Shown in pieces: positions 9,923-20,000 of a stretch of DNA of 20,000 bases. Source of the stretch: Proteromonas lacertae (taxonomy: Eukaryota). The translations under genes were made by a program, and so were the position numbers. The stretch is taken from contig NGBS01000588.1 in NCBI GenBank assembly GCA_002245135.1, forward strand, positions 241,767 to 261,766, read 5' to 3'. The notes below the pieces were generated by a model, which was given only the letters and a program-made list of their open reading frames with translations, had not been told where the DNA came from and ran no database searches. The first letter of the stretch is position 1. Every line of letters begins with the position of its first letter.

Positions 9923-12830
9923 TTAAGTCTCATAATCTACTTCACTCAAAGAAATCACTGATGGACCACTCTCACCTGTTCTTAAATAGAAACGATATAT
10001 TGGATTAACTTTATTCTCACTTTTATATCTTATTATTATCTCTTTATAATCTGGATCTATTTTCACTGTTTCATCTTCTTTTAATTCAAAATCATATATC
10101 TTTAACAAACTCTTTTTATCTTTCTCTTCTTCTATTTTTATATGGAAATATTCTTCTCCTTCTACATCATCATCTTCTTTTATACTCATATTTAATATCT
10201 TTTCTACCAATTCTTTCTAATTATTATTATATAAATTAATGTTTATACATTATTATTAAATGAATATAACAAAGATGTAGATTTGGATAATAATTCTTCA
10301 ATGTATTTGTAATTATCCATTAAATCAACATATTCTTTCATATTTTCTTCTTTAGATAATGTCACACTATGATTTCTTATTCTCTATTTTTCATTATAAA
10401 TATTACAAATATACAATTAATTCACTTTTTGTTTCTTTTATTTTATCTTCTATTATCTTCATTTTTACACTTTCATTATCACAATTTTCATAGATAAATA
10501 AACATGTTGAAAAATAGGTTAATAATATTTCATAAAATAAATCACTTAGTTTTATATTCTCCAAATAATTTAATACTTTTTCACCTTCTTTTATTGGATC
10601 AAATAATTGTTTCTGTTTATCTACACTTTCTGCTTTACTTTTATTCCATAATTGAATCCATAAATTGTTTTCTTTTGACATTCTTTCACTTAAATGATAA
10701 TTACCATCATCTTCTATTATTAAATCTTTTGGAGAATGCCATCGAACAAAATCTTCGATTATACAACCAGGATTAGCTGCTTTAAATGCCATCATATCAC
10801 TTTCTAATGCTATTGATTGTAATTGATTTCGAATTTTTGATGCTTCATCACTATCACCTAAACCACTCAATAATGTCTCTTGTTGATGGATTATATCACT
10901 TGTATATAACATCTCTTCTTGAGTTATTGGGATATTCATCTTTTTATCAACTTTTAATAACTTTATTTCACTCTCTTCTTTTATTCCTATACCTATTTCA
11001 TCATCTATTGCATCTTCAAAGATTTCACCATCACTATCTCTTTCTAATAAGCAATTCTTATATTCTAATCTCTGTTTCAAATCTATACAACAATTCAATA
11101 ACTGTAATTTTTGATATATTATTAAGTTGTTTAAATCTGGTTTTATTGGTAAATTCTTTCTATTCTTTCCATCTTCAGATAAGGGAATTCCAAGATTTGG
11201 GATTAGTAAAGACTAAATAATAATAATAATAATAATAATAATATACATTATCCCAATACCATCTACATTTCTTTACAAACTCAATATATAATTCACATAC
11301 ACTTGATAAAGTAATTTCATTTAAATCTATACATCTCAATGTAAATAAACTAAATATTGAATCAATTCCTGGTAAACTATCAATATAATAAAATAAATTA
11401 TCTATTCGACTTTTCTCTTTTGTATTAGGAATATCATTACTTTCATTTTCTTCATCTATTAAATAAGAATTCTGAAATATTTCTTTGATTAGTTCATTTA
11501 TTAATAAACTATCATTATCTACTTCATTATTACTATCACCATCTTTATTCTTCATTTTCTTTTGTCTTCTTGAAAGCTATTTCATATTATTAAACATAAT
11601 AAATACGATTAATTTTCTTGCTAAATAACCAACTGTTGATCCTAATATTGCAGCTGTTTGTGAACCATGCTCATTCTTATCATAAATTGGAGTTGGAATT
11701 ACATCATCTTTTATTCGAATCAACTGTTTTATTAACACATTTCCTTTCTCTTTTGATTGATTATATATCTTCAATAATTCTTTTAAACCATTATACAATG
11801 GATTTTCTATATTACTTTTCCAATTTCCAGATAATAACCATCTCTTACTTTTCATTACATCCATTTGACTTCTTCTATTATCTTCATAAATCACTTTCAA
11901 ATCATTCCAAATTACATCAACTAATAATATATTTATTGGATTTATCATTGTTCCCCATAATGGAATTGTTATTGGCCCTTCAAGATATTTTATTATTTTC
12001 TCATTTCTTTCATTCAATTTTATTTTATTCACATTTTGCCATTCATACTATAATGATATAATATTGTCTATTTATACATCAATCTCTTTATCTTTTGTAT
12101 AATTGTTTGGAATATAATAATATGTATATTTACACGATAATCTTAGATTTCCTATCTCTCTTTCTTTTAAATTACATTCTTTCATAAAATATTTTATCAC
12201 TTCATTCAAATAATATAAAAATGAATCTCTAAATATATAATACATTTATACACTTCTAATGTTGAATCAAAATGAAGTGAATAGTTTGACAAATAGGTTG
12301 AATTACACATTCCTGTATAATACTGTTTACTTTCATCTATCTATTTTAATTATATCAATAAATAGAATATAAAAATACACTTATAAATATTGGTATATCT
12401 AATTGAGTATTATTCATTGCTACAGATATTCCACTTTCGATTGTTTTTAACGTCTCATTCGAAAGAGAACGAACATAATTCGATGAACCAATACGATGAA
12501 TAACAAAGTATTCTCTTACACCAAATAAACTACTAACCACATCACTTTTAACAAAATCATATCTATTATTCAATAACTCTATTATTGGACCATCATAACA
12601 TTCATTTTCTTCATTGTATTCCAATAACTCACTCTCATTCTTATAAATTAACTCATATTCACTTCCACTCAATTTCAATTCTATTACATATCAACAAATA
12701 TCATACTCGTTGCTTCAATTCTTTTACCGCTTAACAAACTTCGAAACACTTCTTCAAGCTTCAAAATAAACTCCTCCAATGGACTAACCACTGTAAAATC
12801 GTACCATTCATTTATATTTTCTTCACTCAT
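9923..12830 (-). CDS. RAB3GAP1: Rab3 GTPase-activating protein catalytic subunit (~887 aa)
   Basis: ATG 12830. Eight introns: 12706-12681, 12378-12341, 12251-12229, 12077-12048, 11606-11577, 11246-11213, 10414-10384, 10248-10217. Motifs: DFTVVSPLEEFILKLEEVF, PDL..IIYQKLQLLNCCI, LESDMMAFKAANPGCIIEDFVRWHSPKD, LSERM...W...W, QKQLFDP..EGEKVLNYLE. Confidence 0.93.
11216..11242. repeat. (AAT)n microsatellite filling most of a 34-nt intron
   Basis: aataataat run inside intron 11213-11246. It produces the spurious poly-Tyr in the ORF track. Confidence 0.9.
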
Positions 12831-12897
12831 TCTTTGTATATGACAATCAAATAACAAAAACAAAGAATAATTGTCAAGCAAAAGCTTGAATTATAAA
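12831..12897. promoter_or_regulatory. 67-bp bidirectional promoter between RAB3GAP1 and mL54, with inverted ATTGTCA elements
   Basis: Divergent ATGs at 12830 (-) and 12898 (+). TGACAAT at 12841-12847 and ATTGTCA at 12870-12876. Confidence 0.55.
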
Positions 12898-13287
12898 ATG
12901 TCATTTTTAAAAGCAATGAATAAGAAAAACAGTATTTTGTTTATTCGAAACTTTATAACTGCAACTAAACCAGCATTTGCAAAGAAGGGATCAAGTGGAA
13001 GTATTCATTTAAACAAAGTTGGAACTGTTATTCCAATAAACATCCTAAAAACAGGTAAAGATCCTGTAGAATTAGATGATAAAGAATATCCTGAATGGTT
13101 GTGGAGGTTAACAGTATATATTTTGTTAATTTTTGTGTTTTGTTAGGAACCAGTTAAAACAATAGAAGAAATAGAAAGAAAAGGAACTGATGATTTGAGT
13201 CTAGCTGAGGAAGGTAATTATTGGAGAAGAGTTTCTCGAAAATACATAAAAGATCGAAATTTTGATGCTAAGATGGGTATAATGTGA
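12898..13287 (+). CDS. MRPL54: Mitochondrial ribosomal protein mL54 (MRPL54 / yeast MRPL37-like), ~118 aa
   Basis: Basic, acid-free N-terminal presequence [19 protein letters not shown]. Core [25 protein letters not shown]. Intron 13114-13146 (33 nt). C-terminal [17 protein letters not shown] at 13285-13287. Confidence 0.88.
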
Positions 13288-13338
13288 TAATCAAACACAC
13301 AGCTGTTAATAAAATATAATAATAATTTAATTATAATA

Positions 13339-16300
13339 TTAAACATGAGTTGCCATGCTTATTATTCGAATTATTGTTGTTCCAGCAACTGATTTACATA
13401 ATATAAATATTGGTTGTTGAATAAATACATCGATTAATATCGTTACAACACAAGCTATTATCCATCCAACTGATTGACTTTTACCAAACTTAATTCCATA
13501 TAATAAATTCAAATACATCATAAATATACAATAAACGATTGTAAATGTATATACTAACATTGTCAAGGCTTTTCTATCTTTTCTTTGTCTATACCATTTC
13601 TTATATTCTTCTCTTCTTATTGCATTCTTTTTTGCTACTACTTTCAATAAACATCCTTGAATCTTATGAGCAGCATGTCTTTGTTCTTCTGTCACTTTTT
13701 TTACTGTCAATTTATCTTCTTTTACTACATAAACTGGTAATCTTAAGAATTTTATACATAATATTACTAAATAGGTATTTATTACTATCGAACTAATAAA
13801 CCAAATAAATAATAAAGGAGAATATTCTTTCAATAATTTACTTACTGTATTCATACAGTTTATTGGATTATAACCAGTTGCTAATAAATTGGGATTCATA
13901 CAATCATGAACTGCATATCTATAGATTGAAGAATAACCACAACATTCACCATAACTTTCTATATCTTTGATTACTGGTTTTAATACTTTATATCCAAATA
14001 TCCACATATTTTCACCACTACTTTCAGAGGTAAAACTAAATAACATTCCAATAAATACTATTTCCATTATTAATAATAACACTGTACAACATAGGAATAT
14101 CTTGAAAGATCGAAGGAAATCAGATGAACCTAATTTTACTCCACAGATTGAATGGATTGTATAGATTATATTTATTATAAACAACATAAATCCAAGTCCG
14201 TCTATCCCAAATGTGAAAAATCCTATTATTACAGAAACTATATAGATAAATGACAAAATAAAGGTGGAAATCATTATATGGAATCTTATTCTCAACTTCT
14301 TTGATTCATTTGCATCATCACTTTCATGTTTAAATAACAAAGAATTATCTATTGATTTCTTTACTTTTGCAAATCTTTTGAAGATATTAAAATCTTTTAT
14401 TGTTGCTGAAGAAAATTTATTAGCAAACATGAAACAATGAGGAATTAATACTGAAGCAGGCAATGATATTAAAGCGGAGATTATTCCAGTTGTAAATATT
14501 AATGTCACAGATTCAGTTCTTGTACCATGAAACATTGCTAATACAGCTATATCTGTTAATAATATCGCAAATATGCAAACACATCTTTCAGCTCGACTTA
14601 CTAAGATTATATTCTCATTTGGAGCAATTATTGGACCAATCCAAGTATGTTGACTTTTCAATTGAGAGAAAAATACACTTATACTTGATTCATCTATTCC
14701 ACTTTTCTCTGGAGGTAAATCATCGATTTTACCTGCTTTGGCAAACATTTCATACTGTTTATCTGCAAATATTTCATAGGCTTCACAATCTTTATTATGT
14801 AAATAGAACCACATCAATATAAAGAATAACAATAACACTCCTAAGATTATTGGAACAAACATCGAATTTACATCATAATTGGCTAATAAAGAAGCATCTT
14901 TAATTGGATTTACTAAATTCACTGATGGAACATATTTCGCTTGTCTTGAACCAAATTCTGTTAAATGTAAAGACATACACATTATATAAGTATCATTCGC
15001 TTTATCTTTATATATTCCCATCAATATTACACCTTTACTTCGATATTCTTTACTTATTGGATCAAAATATACACATTCATAATTTCGACTATCAGATTGA
15101 GATGGAATCTTTATTGTAAATGTTATTACATTATCTCTATTATATTTATTATCTTCATTTTTACTATTTTTTATTGAAGATAGATTATTATTCTCATTTT
15201 CATTACTTAATAATGATATTGATACTATTGAACTATTCAATTGTTCATTTGATACAAATGGATTTAATATCCAATCAATTAGTTGAACACTTCGATAATT
15301 ATTATTATAACTATAACTCTTTGGTAATGAAACACTTAAAGAATTGATCCGATGACTTTCATATGGAGAACTTTTCTCTTTATAGAAATAATATGAAAAT
15401 AATTCATTCTTATATTCTAATGCTGGTTCAGATGGGTAATATTGAACATATAATTGTTTTTCTATATCTTTAAACATCTCATTCAAATATTCAATTTCAT
15501 TTGGAATATTTTCTATATCACTTCGATATAATTCCATATAAATCTTATTCTCTACATCAAATAATGATTTTATATTATTCTTATCCATTATATCACTTGA
15601 TTTACTTAATAATTTCATATTTTCACTTAATATTCTTAATATCACTTTTAAATCTTCATTATATATTTCACTAGCTTCTTCTACAAAGATCTTAAACGAA
15701 CTTATCAATTGATAATATAATTCATTTCGCAATATTATATTGCTTATTCCTTGTTCAATATATACTAATAAATCATGATTTAAATCTTTTCTTTCTTTTA
15801 TCTCATCTTTCAATATATTACATTTTTCACCTTCATATTTATCTTCACATTTACAATATGTAAAACAACCTTTTTCTCCTTCATTACATTTGAAATTCTC
15901 ATTCTTTTCTTCACCAGATATACTATAATAACACTTTCCATTACCACTACAAGCTTTACCAAATATTTTACCACTTTTATCACGATATTCATTTGGACAT
16001 AATTTGATTTTACTATCACAAATTACACTACAATTTCTTCTTTCTATTTCATTACCAATACACATATCACCATTTATACTTGGAGATGGATTTGTACAAC
16101 TTCGTTTTCTTTCTTCATAACCTTCATGATAACCATAATCATCAGATTTACAGTCATAATTACATAATGACCATTCACTCCATTCACTCCATCCACCATT
16201 TATCTTCTTATCACCACATGGAATATCATTACAAACTACAGATTCATATTCATTTCCTATACAATCTAATCCACCATACAATGGCTTAGGATTATTACAT

Positions 16301-19300
16301 TCACGATGTTTATAGGATATACCTCCACCACAAGAAGCACTACATAATGACCATTCACTCCATTCACTCCAACCACCATTTATACTTTCAGGAATATCAC
16401 ATAATTCACCTTTATAATTATCATTACATAAACACTTTCCATCTACACATTTACCATTTACACATTTTATTCTATCACATTCACCTATACTTGATTGACT
16501 GATTGTTATTACTTGACTTATTATATGATCAAAATTAGATCGATATCTTTCATCATTTAAGGTTTTATCCATAAATTCATATATCTTTTCTTTTGTTAGA
16601 TTCTCATCTTTATTTACATGAATTATCACTTTTTCACCATTTATATCTAATATTCCTTTACTTATATATCCATGAACATCTTTTACATACACAATTATTT
16701 CATTATCACCACATGGTAAATATACAGATATTGTATTACTCGATGAATATTGACTTTGCAATGAGATTTCTTCATTCTTATAAATATATGCAAATTTATA
16801 ACTATAAGAATTACTTGGTAAATCACTATTCCAACCATCACTTGATAATTTGAATAATGTCTTTAATTCTGTTCCATTTCGATTTTCGGCAATTATATAA
16901 CCAGAACTTGGACCATTATGAACTAATAATTCGATTACATTTGAAGATTTACCATATTTACTTATCACTGTACATTTTAAGTCATATTTATAACCTCTAG
17001 TTAAACTATTAGGTTTTATCATTATTGTATTATTGTTATTTGAGGTAATATAAATATATCATCAAATGATTTATCACTTTCTATTAAACTCCAATATAAT
17101 TTATCATCTATTCGACTTGGCTCTATTACAGCTGTTATTTCATACATTTCACTTGGTAAAATATATTCTTTTGATGTGGTTAAATGAATATCTGGTGGTT
17201 GGCCTTCAATTATTGTTATTAATACAACATCTTTACTTATTCTACTCATTCCAAATGCTTCTTTACTTATTGTTAATTCAAATAAATAAGTTTCACCAAT
17301 TCTCAATATTCCTGATGGAATATACCATATTGAACTTTGAGGTGATATTATTGAAGATGGACAATTCTTACCCGTTTTGTAATTACTACATTTCCATTCA
17401 TAATTTAATTCACCATAGTCATTAAATGGATCTGATGGATCAATTGATAAACTTCCATTTAATATTAATTTATTATCACTTCCTACTTCACGGTTTCCAT
17501 CTTTTATTATACAAGATAATTTCTTTGCTATTATATTCAATTCTATTGTTATATTCGACTTTATTGATGGATTTCCTTCAATATAAGTTGTAGCTGTTAT
17601 ATAATAAATATCAATTTCTAATGAAAACGATTTTATATAAAGTGTTTTATTATCATTTGTTAAGAAATTGTTTATATCGATTTTATCATTATTCACATTA
17701 TAAATATCCCAAATAAATCGAAAATCATTCTTATCTGTTTCATAACATTCAGGCCAATAACCACGAACTGTTAAATACATATCTTCATTATTTGACATTT
17801 CTTTTATTGTTGAACCTTCTACACTTATTTCAGGAATTCCTATTGCTTTGACATGGAAATAATGAGATGTTATATTTGACATTGGATTTAAGTAATTCTT
17901 TACTTTTAATGATAATTTATAATAACCTGGAGATAAGGTGTGAGATGGAATATTGACTATTTTACAGTTTATTCTATTACAATCTTCTATTATTTTATTG
18001 ATTCTTTCATCCATTGTATTTTCTGATTCAACTATATTGGTTATATTTTCTAAATACCATTTCATTTCACCATCTCTTCCTGCTGTTTGAGTTGTTAATC
18101 TTCCATCAAATCTTATATCACTACAATATGATATTGAAGTAAAACCACTTATTACTGGATAAGGAATTGGTAATTCATTGGGTAATAAAACATTTATACA
18201 TCCACTTGAACCATATTTACTTGATAATGTGGATTTTATCATATTATCTATCAAATACAAGGATTTATTCTCATCACATTCATTATTATTAATAGATATA
18301 TCTTCAGGTATTATTGTTGCACTTATTCCTAAAGTTATTCGAATTGAATTCTTTGAACTGAATTGACAATAACAACCATAACCTAAATTATTATTATTAA
18401 ACAATAATGAACAATCAACACTTCCATTTACATTATTATTCAATAATTCACTGTAAATATCTCGATCAAAATACACTAAAATTGATACTCCACTTGAAGA
18501 GAATTGACTGGATATCATCTTAGGAACAGATTCTCGCAAACTTATTATAATCTTTCCTGTTGAATATAATATACTATTCTCACTTCCTTTTATTCCTCGA
18601 TTTCCATCTTCATTTAATTCTATTACACTATTCTCATTTATTTCACTGTTATAGTTTATATTACCTAGGTATATATTCATCTCATTATTTGATATCCATT
18701 CACAACTACTATTCATTCCTAATAATAACATTGTCTTATTACTAAATAAACCATTACAATCATACTTTCGATATTTGCCCATATCATTTACATAGCAATC
18801 ACTATCAAATACTAACTTTATTATATCATCAGATTCTTCTAATTTTGCTAATATCATTTTAGGTGGCTTTGTTATATCACTTATTATTTCATCTTTTATT
18901 ATCAATTTCAATGTTGAACACTCATATTTTTATAATTTACATCATTTGAATTGACTTTAAATCCGATTGAACTACCAAATGGATAAATATAAAAACTGAT
19001 TACTTATGTATTTCACTTCTATCTCTTTTTCAACATTATAATTATCTCCATTAAATAAGATTGAACTTTCATTTAACAATATCAACGTTTCATCATAATT
19101 AAACTGAATTTCTACTGAATCTGATGGTTTGGTTGATAATCTTAAACTGAATGTTGCTTTATAATTTATATTATTATTATTATTATTATTGGTATATAAC
19201 CTGTAATAGATTCTTTGATAATATCAATTCAGCTTTATCATTTTCTATTATTTCAAATACAAAATCATCGATTTTTATATTATTATAAAATATATCATTA

Positions 19301-20000
19301 CTTTGACTTATAAAACCAATTACACCATTCATATTCTCATTCTTTACTTCATTATCACTTTCACTCTTTATATTTAATACTTTTGGAATAAACCATTCAT
19401 CGGCTTTTATTATTATTAATCCATCTTCATTCTCATTCTCATTTGTTGTTGAACATTTTATATTTGAACTACACATATAATATAATCTAATTATATCATT
19501 TGGTTTACTATTTAATATCAGATTTACATATCCATTATTATTCTCATAAAATGGATTGCTAAATAAGAAACTACACTTATTGAGGGAATTGTTACATCAT
19601 GAATTGAGATTATTGTGGGAATTATTTCTTGTTATTATAGATTTCATCATTACTCTTTAATTCATATCTTATTTCCTTCACTATAATTACCTCGAGCTAT
19701 TACATCTTCATATACACTTATTATCATTCGAATCTTATTATTGTAATTTATTGGATTAAATCGAATCTTTAAATCATTTTCATTTTCATTATTCTCTATC
19801 TTACAATCGATTGAAGATGGACAATGAATATAAACATCTACTGAACTTGTTGGTCTTTCACTTAAATAGTATATTTCTCCTTTTTCACCTTCTTTTATAT
19901 AATCAAATATTTTATTTTCTACTATTAATGTTGATATTAAATCATATATTTTCATTTCACTTAGATATAACACTATACTTTTAAACGTTGAATCACCATC
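13339..20000 (-). CDS. Giant polycystin-1/PKD-REJ-like GPS receptor, 5'-partial. Order: beta-sandwich repeats, Cys-containing repeats, REJ, EGF-TSP1-TSP1-EGF, GAIN/GPS, 5 PKD1-type TMs with an inserted tetraspanin and IQ-like motif. About 7 frameshifts in the assembly.
   Basis: ORFs 19662-19973, 19186-19476, 17022-18911 and 13339-17022 are co-linear pieces of one protein. REJ-type segments: LNGSLSIDP..YEWKC and GPSSGYI..GTELKTLFKLSSDGW..YSYKFAY. Two WSEWSEWSLC TSP1 repeats. GPS motif CVYFD...CMSLHLTEF. PKD1-like HTWI...SRAERCVC and YGIKFG...WIIACVVTILIDVFIQQP. Confidence 0.85.
13741..14290 (-). other. Tetraspanin-like domain embedded in the PKD1-like protein
   Basis: Four hydrophobic helices. 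TM2 ends in ICG, TM3 carries a Glu (LLLIMEIVFIG), and the large loop reads W...IESYGECCGY...C...NC...V...L (CCG at 13944-13936), followed by TM4. Confidence 0.75.
16161..16383. repeat. 43-bp near-perfect direct repeat at the starts of the two TSP1 domains (16161-16203 and 16341-16383)
   Basis: tacataatgaccattcactccattcactcca[t/a]ccaccatttat, 1 mismatch, period 180 nt. Confidence 0.9.

Noticed and set aside
17018..17026. TAATG stop-start overlap suggesting translational coupling of two genes
   Set aside because: The REJ pattern runs straight across the junction (NNNTIMIKPNSLTRGYKY) once one missing A near 17040 is restored. It is one gene with an indel.
10504..18745. Many Leu/His/Ile/Tyr-rich plus-strand ORFs opposite RAB3GAP1 and the receptor gene
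   Set aside because: Typical antisense frames of AT-rich coding DNA, with no recognisable motifs.
18900..19680. Euplotes-style programmed frameshifting at stop codons (e.g. AAA TAA near 19625), or tiny introns 18921-18940 and 18972-18996
   Set aside because: The shifts go in both directions and repeat alignment places several of them away from the stops. The candidate introns have atypical ends and would delete conserved repeat residues.
1..20000. Ciliate genetic code or prokaryotic systems (CRISPR, operons, IS elements)
   Set aside because: TAA and TAG end genes at their expected C-termini, the genes are spliced eukaryotic families, and no repeat-spacer array or transposase was seen.

Overview
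Very AT-rich, gene-dense eukaryotic DNA in the standard genetic code (TAA, TAG and TGA all act as stops). It has many tiny spliceosomal introns. I could splice 37 GT-AG introns of 23-48 nt by hand, plus two longer AT-starting introns (55-56 nt) that look U12-type. This architecture, together with a mitoribosomal protein gene, best fits a Blastocystis/Proteromonas-like stramenopile, which is an inference. Genes in order: the 3' end of an unknown coiled-coil gene (+), Mpp10 (+), a FAM227/FWWh protein (+), an ankyrin-DHHC palmitoyltransferase carrying both U12-like introns (-), a 14-intron secreted or membrane protein with a degenerate GT41-like domain and a second glycosyltransferase-like domain (+), a probable 35-aa spliced microprotein (-), the Rab3GAP catalytic subunit (-), mitoribosomal mL54 (+), and the 3' 6.7 kb of a giant, apparently intronless polycystin-1/REJ-GPS-like receptor (-). 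The most striking observation is that this receptor appears to carry a complete tetraspanin domain (4 TM, CCG loop) and an IQ-like motif inserted in the cytosolic loop between PKD1-type TM3 and TM4. It lacks both the PLAT domain and the channel domain. Its 5' part is broken by about 7 single-base frameshifts, most likely assembly errors. All family calls come from manual motif recognition, not database searches.
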